From an uncultured Alphaproteobacteria bacterium (GTDB taxonomy: Bacteria; Pseudomonadota; Alphaproteobacteria; SHNJ01): DNA of 64,000 nucleotides. How positions within the stretch are numbered: position 1 is the stretch's first letter; each line of letters starts with the position of its first letter. The stretch covers positions 24,429 through 88,428 of the forward strand of contig CAYWJR010000001.1 in NCBI GenBank assembly GCA_964458615.1, written 5' to 3'. Of the stretch, positions 49,496 to 60,446 are shown piece after piece. A program made the position numbers and the translations under genes. A model generated the notes under the pieces. The model made no database searches and was not told the origin of the DNA. It saw only the letters and a list, made by a program, of their open reading frames with translations.

Positions 49496-50149
49496 GTGCG
49501 TAAAATCAGAAAACAGAGGGATTCATACATGTTTGAACCAAATACAAAATTTGAATTGGCCACATATAACACAGTAAAAAATGAATGGGAGAAAATGCCA
49601 CCCGAGGTCAATGGCGGCAAAATTGAATTTTCAGATCCCATAGAGGCAACAAGCGCATTAACCAATCATTACACTAGTTGCGATCGGACATTTCAATTAA
49701 TCGACCCGGTTTTATTTCTTCCAAAAAACGAAACGGAAACTCCATTAAACGGTGCTATGACATTATTAATCTGCGCGCCAGGCGGGGAAAAGCGCCCGAT
49801 ATCGGAACAAGAATACAATGCACTACATGCTCTAACATTAACCTATGAATTTGCAATCGCAACCCCAAACGGCAATTTGGTGCCTTGCAATGAATTGGCA
49901 ACAGACAATCATGATCCAAGCCCCTTAAGCGCATCGGCAATGTCAACGATACTGCAACAACCACTGGGGCGGTCATGGATACCGGAACATCCTCCGCGTC
50001 AATTAGCCAATACATCAACAGCAACCAGATTTCATGGTGTATCAGCGATGCCAATGACGATTTTGGTAAATCAACCCGGCAAAAAAACTGCCCCGATCTC
50101 GCCTGATCAATTGGCGGCGTTACGGGCATTGTGCCGCGCTAGCGCCTAA
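49496..50149 (+). CDS. Hypothetical protein (217 aa) with an internal sequence repeat.
   Basis: Divergent from the two-gene unit across a 127-bp AT-rich spacer. Internal repeat: GGEKRPISEQEYNALHALTLTY versus PGKKTAPISPDQLAALRALCRA. Confidence 0.5.
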   Translation: MRKIRKQRDSYMFEPNTKFELATYNTVKNEWEKMPPEVNGGKIEFSDPIEATSALTNHYTSCDRTFQLIDPVLFLPKNETETPLNGAMTLLICAPGGEKRPISEQEYNALHALTLTYEFAIATPNGNLVPCNELATDNHDPSPLSASAMSTILQQPLGRSWIPEHPPRQLANTSTATRFHGVSAMPMTILVNQPGKKTAPISPDQLAALRALCRASA

Positions 50150-50171
50150 TAAATACGCGTGATAAATACAA

Positions 50172-50217
50172 GGCGGCTTGGATCAAACACGTATTGAATC
50201 TAAGCCGCCAATTTTTC
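50172..50217. terminator. Convergent (bidirectional) intrinsic terminator between the hypothetical gene and mfd.
   Basis: Stem ggcggctt...aagccgcc with an extended imperfect lower stem, followed by ATTTTTC on the plus strand. Overlaps the last codons of mfd. Confidence 0.5.
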
Positions 50218-53200
50218 AATGTCGTTCATAAATGTTTTGACGCCTTGGATTTTCGCCTGGCTGTCGCCCCATCCACGCATTAAAACCAATTTTTGATCGG
50301 GACGGATTTTGACCGTTCCGGATTGCGATTGAATATACCGGATCAATGATTCAGGGTTGGTGAATTTATTCTGATAGAACGATATTACCGCGCCTTTTGG
50401 CCCGGCGTCGATTTTTTCAATTCCCACGCGCAGGCACATATTTTTAATCGATACCACGGTCAACAAATTTTCAACCGGCTGCGGCAATGGGCCAAACCGG
50501 TCTACCATTTCCGCCGCCAGCGATTCCAATTCCTGATCTTGCTTCAAATTGCTGATACGGCGGTAAAAATTCATCCGCGTACCCAGATCCTGGATATAGT
50601 CTTCTGGAATCAATACCGGGATGCCTAAATTGATTTGCGGGCTGAATGCCGCGGTGATGCCGCCCGATGTCTTATTGGCGGATGCGCCATCGCGCGCCGC
50701 CATTACCGCCTCTTGCAATAAATGTTGATACAGTTCGATACCGACCTCGCGCACATGGCCGGATTGTTCTTCGCCCAACAAATTACCGGCGCCGCGAATA
50801 TCCATATCGTGGCTGGCCACCGAAAACCCGGCGCCCAAATGATCCAATGTTTGCATGACTTGCAAACGTTTTTGCGCGATTTCAGTCGGAACGCGCCGTT
50901 CAGGTATCGTTAAATACGCATAAGCGCGGATTTTGGTGCGCCCCACCCGGCCACGCAATTGATATAATTGCGCCAAACCGAACATATCCGAACGGTGAAT
51001 AATAATGGTATTGGCCGACGGAATATCCAAACCCGATTCGATAATATTGGTCGAAACCAAAATATCGTATTTCTGATCGACGAAATCGGTCATTATTTGT
51101 TCAAGCGAAGTCGGCGGCAATTGTCCATGCGCGACCGCCAGGCGTATATCGGGGATCAATTGGCGCAATTGCGTTGAAATTTCGGTTAAATCCTCGATTC
51201 TTGGACAGACATAAAAACTTTGTCCGCCACGGTGGCGTTCGCGCAAAATCGCCTCGCGGATAATCATCGGATCGTACGGCATAACGTGGGTTTGCACCGC
51301 ATGCCGGTCGACAGGCGGCGTTGCGATAATCGACAAATCCCGCACGCCGGTTAACGACATTTGCAACGTGCGCGGGATCGGCGTTGCCGACAATGTCAAC
51401 ACATGCACATTCGATTGTAATTCTTTCAATCTTTCTTTTTGCGCGACGCCGAAATGTTGTTCTTCGTCCACGATCACCAACCCCAGATTGGCGAATTGAA
51501 TATTTTTCGACAACAACGCATGCGTTCCAACAGCGATTCCAACCCGGCCATCGGCCAAATCGGCTTTTGTCTTTGCCGCATCCACAGATGAGACCATGCG
51601 CGATAATTGCGCGATATTGATGCCGAATCCTTGGAATCTTCGGGAAAAATTGTGAAAATGCTGGCGCGCCAACAATGTCGTCGGCGTCACAACCGCGACT
51701 TGCGCGCCGTGGCTGGCGGCGATAAACGCCGCGCGCAACGCTACCTCGGTTTTGCCGAACCCGACATCGCCGCATACCAAACGATCCATTGGCCGCCCGA
51801 TCGATAAATCGCGTATTGTATCGTCGATTGCGCGCATCTGATCGCCCGTTTCGACATATGGAAACGCGGAACAAAAACGATGATATGATTCCGGTTTTTC
51901 GAAAACATCGCCTTGTTTTGTTTGGCGCACCGCCGCCAAACGGATCAATTGTTCGGCAATTTCGCGAATACGTTCTTTGACCCGCGCCTTGCGCGATTGC
52001 CACCCGATACCGCCCAATTTATCCAAACTGACGATGGAATCCGATGCGCCATAACGCGACAGCAATTCAATATTTTCAACCGGAACGTATAATTTATCGC
52101 CGCCGGAATATTCCAGGCACAAACAATCATGATCGGCTCCCGCCGCTTGAATTTTCTCAAGCCCCAGAAACCGGCCAACGCCATGGTCGATATGCACGAC
52201 ATAATCGCCCGCATTCAAACTGGATGCTTCGAATAAAACATCTTCGGCTTTGCGTTCTTTTTTCGCCGTCCTGGATAAACGGTCGCCCAATAAATCTTGT
52301 TCCGACACAATCGCGTAATCGGACGTGGAAAATCCATGTTCGATTGGCAAAACAAATGTAAAAACGCGGTTGCCGCTGGATTCGATAAAATCTTGGTATG
52401 AATCTACTTGGTGGGATTCAATTCCAAAATCTTTCAATAGTTTTTTAATGCGATCCAACGATCCATCGGAATAACACGCTATGCCGGCCAATTTTTTATC
52501 CAAATTCAGTTGATGGATAAAATTTTTGAATTCTTCGAACAATTTTTCCGACATGCCCAATTTGGCGTATGCCTTGCTTTCAATCAGGCGGGCAAGCGGT
52601 TTGGCGCCGATATCGATTGATATTTCGTGACCGGGCGGCGTGCTTGGGGAAATTTTAATGCGATTTTTTCCGGTTACGATTTCTTTCCATATATCGGAAC
52701 TGAAATACAATTGTTCTTTGGGAACTGGACGGTAACTGCCTAAATCCTTGGCGGCTTTGGATCCTAAAAATTCAACCCTGGCGTTGTAATAATCGTCGAC
52801 TTCTTGTTGGCGCGCGGTAAAGGCCAAATCGATTCCCGCGCCTTCGATAATTACGGCATCCGGCATATAATCGAAAATAGTCGAAAGTTCGCCATAAAAG
52901 AACGGCAGGAAATGTTCCATTCCCGCATGGCGCCGCCCGGCGGTTACAGATTCATAAATTGCGTCATTCATAGCGTCCGCGCCGAACGATTCGCGGTAAA
53001 ATGAACGAAAACGGGAAATCGACGATTGATCCAGCAATATTTCCTGTGCCGGGCACAATTCGATTTTGCGCGTGATGGGCGAACCGTTTTTACGTTGGGT
53101 TACTGGGTCGAAATAATGAACCGATTCGACATTATCGCCAAACAGATCGATCCGAATTGGGTTTTCGGATTGCGGCGGAAACAAATCGATCAAATGCCCG

Positions 53201-53688
53201 CGAATCGCATAATCGCCCACCTCGCGCACTGTGCCGACGCGCTGATACCCGTTCAAATTTAAATATGCGGTCAATTGATCGATATTCAATGATTTCCCGG
53301 CGACAAAATCCTGATGCTGTTTGGATATAATATCGGGCGGCATCAATTTTTGCGTCACCGCCGCGACGCTTGCCAAAACAAAAACTTTTTCATTGGGCGA
53401 CAATATCCGCGCCAACGCGGATAAACGCTGCGCCATTACATCGCTGCTGGGCGAAATGCGGTCATATGGCAAACAATCCCATGCGGGCAAAACGATCAAC
53501 GGCAAGTCGGGGGCAAAAAATCGAATCGACGCGGCCGCCTGATCCAGCAAAAAATCATCGGCTACTACATATAAAAAATTCCGCGCGGTCTTTTTAAAAT
53601 AATGCGCAAGCGCAAGCCCATCCGCGCCAGGCGGGCAATGCGCGAACGTTACGTGGGAATTTTGATTGAAATCGATCGGCGGGAACAT
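50200..53688 (-). CDS. mfd: Transcription-repair coupling factor.
   Basis: 1162 aa. UvrB-homology N-terminus, RNAP-interaction domain, superfamily-2 helicase motifs (GDVGFGKTEVALRAA, DEEQHFGV), TRG motif and C-terminal domain. Confidence 0.95.
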   Translation of the reverse strand: MFPPIDFNQNSHVTFAHCPPGADGLALAHYFKKTARNFLYVVADDFLLDQAAASIRFFAPDLPLIVLPAWDCLPYDRISPSSDVMAQRLSALARILSPNEKVFVLASVAAVTQKLMPPDIISKQHQDFVAGKSLNIDQLTAYLNLNGYQRVGTVREVGDYAIRGHLIDLFPPQSENPIRIDLFGDNVESVHYFDPVTQRKNGSPITRKIELCPAQEILLDQSSISRFRSFYRESFGADAMNDAIYESVTAGRRHAGMEHFLPFFYGELSTIFDYMPDAVIIEGAGIDLAFTARQQEVDDYYNARVEFLGSKAAKDLGSYRPVPKEQLYFSSDIWKEIVTGKNRIKISPSTPPGHEISIDIGAKPLARLIESKAYAKLGMSEKLFEEFKNFIHQLNLDKKLAGIACYSDGSLDRIKKLLKDFGIESHQVDSYQDFIESSGNRVFTFVLPIEHGFSTSDYAIVSEQDLLGDRLSRTAKKERKAEDVLFEASSLNAGDYVVHIDHGVGRFLGLEKIQAAGADHDCLCLEYSGGDKLYVPVENIELLSRYGASDSIVSLDKLGGIGWQSRKARVKERIREIAEQLIRLAAVRQTKQGDVFEKPESYHRFCSAFPYVETGDQMRAIDDTIRDLSIGRPMDRLVCGDVGFGKTEVALRAAFIAASHGAQVAVVTPTTLLARQHFHNFSRRFQGFGINIAQLSRMVSSVDAAKTKADLADGRVGIAVGTHALLSKNIQFANLGLVIVDEEQHFGVAQKERLKELQSNVHVLTLSATPIPRTLQMSLTGVRDLSIIATPPVDRHAVQTHVMPYDPMIIREAILRERHRGGQSFYVCPRIEDLTEISTQLRQLIPDIRLAVAHGQLPPTSLEQIMTDFVDQKYDILVSTNIIESGLDIPSANTIIIHRSDMFGLAQLYQLRGRVGRTKIRAYAYLTIPERRVPTEIAQKRLQVMQTLDHLGAGFSVASHDMDIRGAGNLLGEEQSGHVREVGIELYQHLLQEAVMAARDGASANKTSGGITAAFSPQINLGIPVLIPEDYIQDLGTRMNFYRRISNLKQDQELESLAAEMVDRFGPLPQPVENLLTVVSIKNMCLRVGIEKIDAGPKGAVISFYQNKFTNPESLIRYIQSQSGTVKIRPDQKLVLMRGWGDSQAKIQGVKTFMNDIEKLAA

Positions 53689-53694
53689 TGAATA

Positions 53695-53964
53695 TTAAAA
53701 ACAACCTTTGATATTTTTGACCAAATCGGCATATTTTTCTGGATAATCGGTTTCACCCCGCACCAACCAGGCATACATATCCTGATCCGTTTCGTTTAAA
53801 AACGCGTTATACAAATCCATATCCGCCGCATCCATATTATCAAGGTATTTTTGGGCAAAACGGGTCAACATAATATCGTTTTCCTTGGTGCCGCGGTGGG
53901 CGCTTTGGAAATATAGTTTTTTACGCAATAACGGCAAATCGGACATAATCGGATACTCTTTCAC
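53695..53964 (-). CDS. sdhE: Succinate dehydrogenase flavinylation assembly factor SdhE (DUF339 family).
   Basis: 89 aa with the RGxxE motif (SAHRGTKENDIML) and the conserved ...DLY..FL... region. Conserved neighbourhood with mfd/recG. Confidence 0.75.
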   Translation of the reverse strand: MKEYPIMSDLPLLRKKLYFQSAHRGTKENDIMLTRFAQKYLDNMDAADMDLYNAFLNETDQDMYAWLVRGETDYPEKYADLVKNIKGCF

Positions 53965-54007
53965 TTTTTTATTCCATTAGCAGATTTTTACGGCACAATA
54001 CAGCCCC

Positions 54008-56113
54008 ATGCTGTCTAAAAAATCGCCATTGCAGCCCATTTTCGCGCCGATTTCCTCGATCAAGGGAATCGGGCCGCGTTATGCCGCACTGTTGGCCAAT
54101 TTAACCGGCCCGCTGATTAGGGATTTATTATGGCACCTGCCCGCAGGCATTATCGACCGCCGCAATCAGCCCAAAATAGCAGAACTTAGTAAATTTCACG
54201 GCCAAACGGTAACGTTGGATGTGCTTGTGGTCAAACACATCAAATCCGGCCGGCGCGGATTGCCGTTCAAGGTGACGGTTCAAGACGCAACCGGAACGAT
54301 GGACATCGTATTTTTCAAAGGCAAAGAGCAATTTTGGCAAAAATCCCTGCCAATCGCGACCCAAAAAATCATCAGCGGCAAGGTCGAATTTTTTAAAAAC
54401 ACCGCGCAAATGGTTCACCCCGATTACATCGGCAACCCGCAAGATGTAAATGCCATTCGCGGGATAGAGGCTGTGTACCCGCTGACCTATGGCGTTACCA
54501 ATAAATTTTTGCGCAAAATGACCGCCATCGCGCTTGGCGTTGTATCGAAAATGCAACCCTGGCCTGATTGGATAGACGCGAATTTGTGTAAAACCCGCAA
54601 TTGGCCGGATTGGGGGGACGCCATGATCGCGGTTCACAATCCCACACAAGAATCCGATTTTTCACCCGCCCAACCGGCGCGGCAACGATTGGCGTATGAC
54701 GAAATATTATCACATCAATTGGCATTAACGTTGGTGCGTAATATTCAGCGCGCAAAACGCACCAATCGCAATATCAAACCGGATTTCACCCTGCGCCGCA
54801 AATTGCTGGATGCATTGCCATTCCAACTAACCGATGCGCAGTTGCAAACATTGGATGAAATCGACGCCGACATGCAATCCAATCAACCGATGTTGCGGTT
54901 ATTACAAGGCGATGTCGGCAGCGGTAAAACCATTGTCGCCATGCTTGCAATGATAAATGCCATCGAATCCGGCGGCCAGGCCGCGATTATGGCGCCAACC
55001 GAAATACTGGCGCGGCAGCACGAACACACAATCCGGCCATTGGCCGAAAAAATCGGCTTGAAAACCGTCACATTGACCGGCCGGGACAAAGGAAAATCCC
55101 GCGCGGAATTGATCCGTCAAATCAAAGACGGCGAAGCCCAAATCGTAATCGGCACGCACGCAATATTAGAAGACAATATCGAATTCCGCCGCCTAGGTTG
55201 CGTTGTTATCGACGAACAACACCGTTTTGGCGTCGAACAACGCCTTGGGTTAATGCACAAAGGCGAAATGGTCGATACATTGGTGATGACCGCAACCCCT
55301 ATTCCACGCAGTCTTTTTCTGGCGCTTTATGGCGATTTGGACACGTCCCGCATTACGCAAAAACCGCCCGGACGGAAACCGATCGATACCCGCACAATCG
55401 CAACCGACCGCATCGACGAAGTGATTGACGGGCTTGCCCGCGCAGTTGCCGAAGGGCGGCAAATTTATTGGGTTTGTCCATTGGTTGCGGAATCCGAAAT
55501 ACTGGATTTAGCCGCAGCCGAAGAACGATACGAAAAATTGAAAAAAATATTCGGGGCAAAAACAGGAATTGTGCATGGCAAAATGAAGGCTGCGGACAAA
55601 GACCGCGTCATGCAATCATTCGCCAAGGATGAAATAAAGATACTGGTATCCACCACAGTCATCGAAGTCGGCGTGAATGTGCCCAACGCCAGCATTATGG
55701 TCATCGACCACGCCGAAAGGTTTGGATTGTCGCAATTGCACCAATTGCGCGGGCGCGTCGGGCGGGGTGAAAAGCAATCCACGTGCCTGTTGTTGTTTTC
55801 AGCCAATTTATCGCAAACCGCCAAATCGCGGTTGGCGATCATGCGGGAAACCGAAGATGGATTCCGTATCGCCGAAGAAGATTTGAAATTGCGCGGCGCC
55901 GGTGAAATTTTAGGCACACGCCAAAGCGGATTGCCCGATTTTAAATTGGCCAATTTTTTCGCGCACCAGGATTTATTTAAAATCGCCCAGGCCGATGTAA
56001 AATTGATTTTGGAAAAAGACCCGCATTTAATGAATTCGCGCGGCCAGTCGTTGCGGATATTGCTGGAATTGTTCAGCCGAGATCAAGCAATTGAATATTT
56101 AGGCAGCGGTTGA
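54008..56113 (+). CDS. recG: ATP-dependent DNA helicase RecG.
   Basis: Wedge domain. Helicase motifs (GDVGSGKTIVA, DEQHRFGV, TATPIPRS) and TRG motif. Confidence 0.95.
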   Translation: MLSKKSPLQPIFAPISSIKGIGPRYAALLANLTGPLIRDLLWHLPAGIIDRRNQPKIAELSKFHGQTVTLDVLVVKHIKSGRRGLPFKVTVQDATGTMDIVFFKGKEQFWQKSLPIATQKIISGKVEFFKNTAQMVHPDYIGNPQDVNAIRGIEAVYPLTYGVTNKFLRKMTAIALGVVSKMQPWPDWIDANLCKTRNWPDWGDAMIAVHNPTQESDFSPAQPARQRLAYDEILSHQLALTLVRNIQRAKRTNRNIKPDFTLRRKLLDALPFQLTDAQLQTLDEIDADMQSNQPMLRLLQGDVGSGKTIVAMLAMINAIESGGQAAIMAPTEILARQHEHTIRPLAEKIGLKTVTLTGRDKGKSRAELIRQIKDGEAQIVIGTHAILEDNIEFRRLGCVVIDEQHRFGVEQRLGLMHKGEMVDTLVMTATPIPRSLFLALYGDLDTSRITQKPPGRKPIDTRTIATDRIDEVIDGLARAVAEGRQIYWVCPLVAESEILDLAAAEERYEKLKKIFGAKTGIVHGKMKAADKDRVMQSFAKDEIKILVSTTVIEVGVNVPNASIMVIDHAERFGLSQLHQLRGRVGRGEKQSTCLLLFSANLSQTAKSRLAIMRETEDGFRIAEEDLKLRGAGEILGTRQSGLPDFKLANFFAHQDLFKIAQADVKLILEKDPHLMNSRGQSLRILLELFSRDQAIEYLGSG

Positions 56114-56740
56114 TTGCGTGTTGTTGCTGATAAGGCCGCTGGACAAAATCAATTTCCACGCGTCTTCGACCGGTAAATCGACATATCTTACATCCGAAGA
56201 CGGGTAATACATCAACAATCCCGCCGTGGGCACGGGCGATAAGGGAACTAAAACCGCCACCATGTCTTTGCCCAAAGATTTTTCAATCGATTTATGAGGG
56301 GTTTCAGATACAAACCCGATAACCCAACTGGTTTTATGCGGATAAGGCACCATCACAACCTGACGGAACGCCTGGGTTTTTTCGCCGAACAGCATTTTCG
56401 CGGTCTGTTTGATTGGCGTATATAATCCGCGAATAATCGGCATCCGGCCCAATATCGCATCGCCAAGCCCAACGAAAAATTGCCCCAAATAATTGGCCGT
56501 AATCGCGCCCAACAAGGTTAACATAACCAATAAAAAAATCAAACCGAATCCGGGGAAATCGGTCGGCAATATCGGGATCAACGGCGCGACTTGTTCATCC
56601 GCGTACCGAATAACCGACCAGGCGATATAAATCGTAACGCCAATCGGCGCCGCCACCAAAACGCCCGCGAAAAAGTAATTCCGCAATTTGCGCCCGGCGC
56701 GGTCCAGCAATCCAATATTCTGCTGTTTATTGTCTGTCAT
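56099..56740 (-). CDS. DUF502-family membrane protein.
   Basis: 213 aa. N-terminal RKLRNYFFAGVLVAAPIGVTIYIAWSV signature and a second TM helix. 15-nt convergent overlap with recG. Confidence 0.65.
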   Translation of the reverse strand: MTDNKQQNIGLLDRAGRKLRNYFFAGVLVAAPIGVTIYIAWSVIRYADEQVAPLIPILPTDFPGFGLIFLLVMLTLLGAITANYLGQFFVGLGDAILGRMPIIRGLYTPIKQTAKMLFGEKTQAFRQVVMVPYPHKTSWVIGFVSETPHKSIEKSLGKDMVAVLVPLSPVPTAGLLMYYPSSDVRYVDLPVEDAWKLILSSGLISNNTQSTAA

Positions 56741-56747
56741 AAATTAT

Positions 56748-58094
56748 TTACCGTTCCGTCAGGGCATTATGTTTTGCTTTGAAAAACGGTTTCAACAAAT
56801 AATCCAAAACCGTTTTCGATCCCGTCAACACGTCCACCTGGGCGGTCATGCCGGGAATAATAGGCAGGCTTTTGGTGTTGCCCTTGAACGTGTTGCCATA
56901 GGTACGCAATTTTACCAGATAAAAACTTTCCCCGCGTTCGTCGACGATAGTATCGGGGGAAATATGTTCTACTTTTGCTTTTAAACCGCCATAAATCGAA
57001 AAATCATAAGCGGTAATTTTCACCATGGCTTCTTGATCCGGGCGGATAAAGGCGATGTCGGATGGGCGGATTTTCGCCTCGACCAGCAAATTATCTTCGA
57101 TCGGAACGACCTCGACCAAATCTTCGCCGGGCTTTATGACGCCGCCGACGGTGTTAATTTTGATTTGTTTAACGGTTCCTTTTAATGGGGAACGCACTTC
57201 GGTTCTGGCCACCCGGTCGCGCGATGCCGTTATGCTTTGGGTCAATGCGTTTAACTCGCCGCGCTTTTGATTCAATTCATTCGATACTTCGGAACGGAAA
57301 GTTTGTTTTTTATCCTCTACCCTTTGGCGCGCTTCTTCCATCGCAACGCGGGCGCGCGGTTGCGCTGCCTTGGCCTGGTTCATGCGCGATTCCAATTCGG
57401 TAATTTCGCGTTCGATGCTTAGCAGTTCCATACGCGATGTAACGCCTTGTTGCACGCCCTTGCTGGCGATTTCTTTTTGTTGATACGCAACATCCAGGGA
57501 TTTTTTGGTGCTCTCGGCGCTGGTGTATAATTCGGACAATTCCTGTTGTTTCTGTGAAACCTGCGATTGGAAAATATCCAACTGGCCGCGCAATTGCGAT
57601 TGGCGCGATTGGTAAAGCGCCATTTCGCTTTTTACCGCATCGGATGCTTCGTCAATAACTTCTTTTGGGAATGCCAATGGCTTGCCTTCGTATTCCGCGT
57701 TCAGGCGCGATATAGTCGCAATCAACGACAAATATTTGCTGCGCGCCGTTTTATAATCCGCCTGCGCATAGGTATTGTCGATGATCAGCATCACTTCGTC
57801 TTTTTCGACCATCTGGCCTTCGCGAACCAGGATTTTGTTGATAATGCCGCCCTCCAGGTTCGATACGACCTGAATATGGCTCGAGGTGATGATTTTCCCC
57901 TGCCCGCGCGTTACTTCGTCGACGCTGGCAAAAGCAGCCCACAGCAAGAACACCACAAAGAATAAACTGATACACAAAAGCAATATATGCGAAGCCATGC
58001 GCGCGCCGCGATGCGATGCCGCGAATCTCTCCGGCATAAAATCGGTTTCTTCTTCGTGCACCCGCAAATATTCTTTGGCAATTTCTTTTAACAT
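56748..58094 (-). CDS. hlyD: Type I secretion system membrane fusion protein (HlyD family).
   Basis: N-terminal TM anchor, long coiled-coil, lipoyl-like and beta-barrel regions typical of HlyD. Immediately downstream of the ABC exporter. Confidence 0.85.
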   Translation of the reverse strand: MLKEIAKEYLRVHEEETDFMPERFAASHRGARMASHILLLCISLFFVVFLLWAAFASVDEVTRGQGKIITSSHIQVVSNLEGGIINKILVREGQMVEKDEVMLIIDNTYAQADYKTARSKYLSLIATISRLNAEYEGKPLAFPKEVIDEASDAVKSEMALYQSRQSQLRGQLDIFQSQVSQKQQELSELYTSAESTKKSLDVAYQQKEIASKGVQQGVTSRMELLSIEREITELESRMNQAKAAQPRARVAMEEARQRVEDKKQTFRSEVSNELNQKRGELNALTQSITASRDRVARTEVRSPLKGTVKQIKINTVGGVIKPGEDLVEVVPIEDNLLVEAKIRPSDIAFIRPDQEAMVKITAYDFSIYGGLKAKVEHISPDTIVDERGESFYLVKLRTYGNTFKGNTKSLPIIPGMTAQVDVLTGSKTVLDYLLKPFFKAKHNALTER

Positions 58095-58116
58095 TCTATT
58101 CCTCGGTTTCCGACCG

Positions 58117-60339
58117 TTAGGTGGACTTTACTTCGCCGTCTTTAAGGGAATTCAAAACTTGGTCGCGCGGCCCGTCGGCAACGACCTTGCCATCGCTCAT
58201 CACAATCAACCGATCGACAATCGATAACATCGATGCGCGGTGTGTGACCACAATGACTGTTTTATCTTTCATAACCTGCGCCAAACGCGCCTTGAAACGA
58301 TTTTCCGAACCGGGATCCATGGAACTGGTCGGTTCATCCAAAACCAAAATCGGCGGATCCAGCAACAAAGAACGCGCCAAGGCAATCGATTGGCGTTGAC
58401 CACCCGAAAGCCCTTCACCGCGCTCGCCGATATTCAAATCATAACCCAACGGATGATGGCGCAGGAAATCGGTAACACCGGCCATTGTTCCCGCGGTCAA
58501 TAACGCGCGGTCATCGGCGCCCGTTCGGCCCATGATGATATTTTCCTTTACCGTGCCGTAAAATAAAAATACGTCCTGCGGGCAAATGCCGATATTACGC
58601 CGTAAATCCGCCGGATCGATTTGGCGAACATCGGTGCCGTCGATCGTTACAGAACCTTCTTGGGGTTCGTACAAAGCCATCATCAATTTTTCAAGCGTGG
58701 TTTTACCCGATCCAATCGGCCCGATAATGCCGACTTTTTCACCCGGTTCGATCCGGAAATTGCATTGGTTCAGCGCCTTTGTCCGTTGGCCTGGATACGC
58801 AAACGTGACGTTACGGAATTCGATTTGGCCGCGCAAATGCGGACGGCTTAGGAATGCTTTGCCAGCCGGGCGTTCGACCGGCAATTGCATAAATTCATCC
58901 AATGTTTCAAGCGCCGATTCGCTTTGGTGAAAACGGGTCAATAATCCGGCGATTTGCCCCAAAGGCGCAGTTGCGCGCCCCGCCAAAATAACCGCCGCGA
59001 TCAGGGCGCCGGTTGTAATCGACCCAGCCGCAACCAAATATGCGCCGACAATAACGATCATGACCGTTACCATGTAGTTGGCAAACACGGTGAAATTCAA
59101 AACCGCCGAAGACAGGCTGTGCGCATGCATGGCGGATTTGGATGTTTTACCGACGAAACTTTCCCATAAACGCTGCATATATCCTTCGGCACCCATCTTT
59201 TTAATCGTTTCAAGGCCGGTAATGGATTCCACAAGCAACGCGCTTTTTTGCGACGATTCACGGAAAGTTTCTTTGACGATGCGATTCAGTGGACGTTGCA
59301 TGTAAAACGCGACGCCCATAATGATCGGAATGGCGATCAACGGAACCAATGCCAGCCATCCGCCGATTAATGCGATTACCAAAATATACAAAAACAAAAA
59401 TGGCAAATCGACCAATGTGACCAATGTGGCCGAAGTATAAAATTCCCGCAAATGTTCGAATTCGCGCAAATGCCCGGCCAATGCGCCGGCCGATGGCGGG
59501 CGCGATTCCATTTTCATGCCCAGCAATTGTTCGAACAGTTTACTGGAAATCAATGTGTCCGCACCGCGTCCGGTTAAATCCAAAAAATATGCGCGCAGCG
59601 ATCGGATAATAAAATCGAAAACAAATACGATCATCACGCCAACCGCCAAAACCCACAACGTTTCCATGGCATTGTTGGGGATAACGCGGTCATACACGTT
59701 CATCGTGAATAATGGTGCCGCCAGCGCGAATAAATTGATCATCAATGCCGCAAAGGCGACTTCGACATACATGCTTTTGAAACGGCGCAAGGTGCCCCAG
59801 AACCAGCCCGCTTTTTCCGGTTCTTCCAAACCTTGTGCGCGCGGGTCGTAACGGAATTCGGGTTTGGCAAAAATGGCGTATCCTGTGAACGAAGATTCCA
59901 AATCGCGCATGGCGATTTGCTGAACCCCGCCGGTTTCAGGCAAAATAATTTCCGCCTTATCGCCGATAACGCCAACATAAACGCATGAACGGCGATCTTT
60001 TAACAACAATATGCACGGCAGCAACATCGGATTAATATCCGGCAAATTGCGCACCATCAGCCGCGCGGAAATACCTGCGCGTTGTGCCGAACGGATAAAC
60101 AACGCGGGCGACATGCCCATTTCCGAAATCGGCAATCCGGCCGCCAACGCCTCGCGCGATTGCGGGCGATCCAGCAATTTACAAATAATATGCAGACAAT
60201 TTAGCAGAACGTCTTCGGCATTGCTGACCGACGGGGTAACGCGCCAAACTTGGCGCGCCGAATCGCCGCTGTCTTTGGATTGATCGGACGGCTGGTTGCC
60301 GGAAAAAGATGGGTCTTTATTTGAATCGCCAGATTGCAC
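58117..60339 (-). CDS. hlyB: Type I secretion system permease/ATPase (HlyB family) with N-terminal C39-like domain.
   Basis: C39-like domain (CLHIICKLLDRP...). Six TM helices. ABC module with Walker A GPIGSGKTT, signature LSGGQRQ, Walker B ILVLDEPTS. Confidence 0.9.
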   Translation of the reverse strand: MQSGDSNKDPSFSGNQPSDQSKDSGDSARQVWRVTPSVSNAEDVLLNCLHIICKLLDRPQSREALAAGLPISEMGMSPALFIRSAQRAGISARLMVRNLPDINPMLLPCILLLKDRRSCVYVGVIGDKAEIILPETGGVQQIAMRDLESSFTGYAIFAKPEFRYDPRAQGLEEPEKAGWFWGTLRRFKSMYVEVAFAALMINLFALAAPLFTMNVYDRVIPNNAMETLWVLAVGVMIVFVFDFIIRSLRAYFLDLTGRGADTLISSKLFEQLLGMKMESRPPSAGALAGHLREFEHLREFYTSATLVTLVDLPFLFLYILVIALIGGWLALVPLIAIPIIMGVAFYMQRPLNRIVKETFRESSQKSALLVESITGLETIKKMGAEGYMQRLWESFVGKTSKSAMHAHSLSSAVLNFTVFANYMVTVMIVIVGAYLVAAGSITTGALIAAVILAGRATAPLGQIAGLLTRFHQSESALETLDEFMQLPVERPAGKAFLSRPHLRGQIEFRNVTFAYPGQRTKALNQCNFRIEPGEKVGIIGPIGSGKTTLEKLMMALYEPQEGSVTIDGTDVRQIDPADLRRNIGICPQDVFLFYGTVKENIIMGRTGADDRALLTAGTMAGVTDFLRHHPLGYDLNIGERGEGLSGGQRQSIALARSLLLDPPILVLDEPTSSMDPGSENRFKARLAQVMKDKTVIVVTHRASMLSIVDRLIVMSDGKVVADGPRDQVLNSLKDGEVKST

Positions 60340-60446
60340 GTAATTCTCCCTATCCTATTGAATATAGAGAAAACACCCCAAATTGGTAAGAAGGAAGTAG
60401 CAATTGGGTGCAATAGCCAAAATATAGTTTCCTAATTGCTACTGAA

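Noticed and set aside
51101-52003. 300-aa ORF inside mfd on the same strand but in another frame, plus several 60-90 aa ORFs across mfd.
   Set aside because: Overlaps an unambiguous 1162-aa Mfd. Arg-rich composition typical of an out-of-frame translation.
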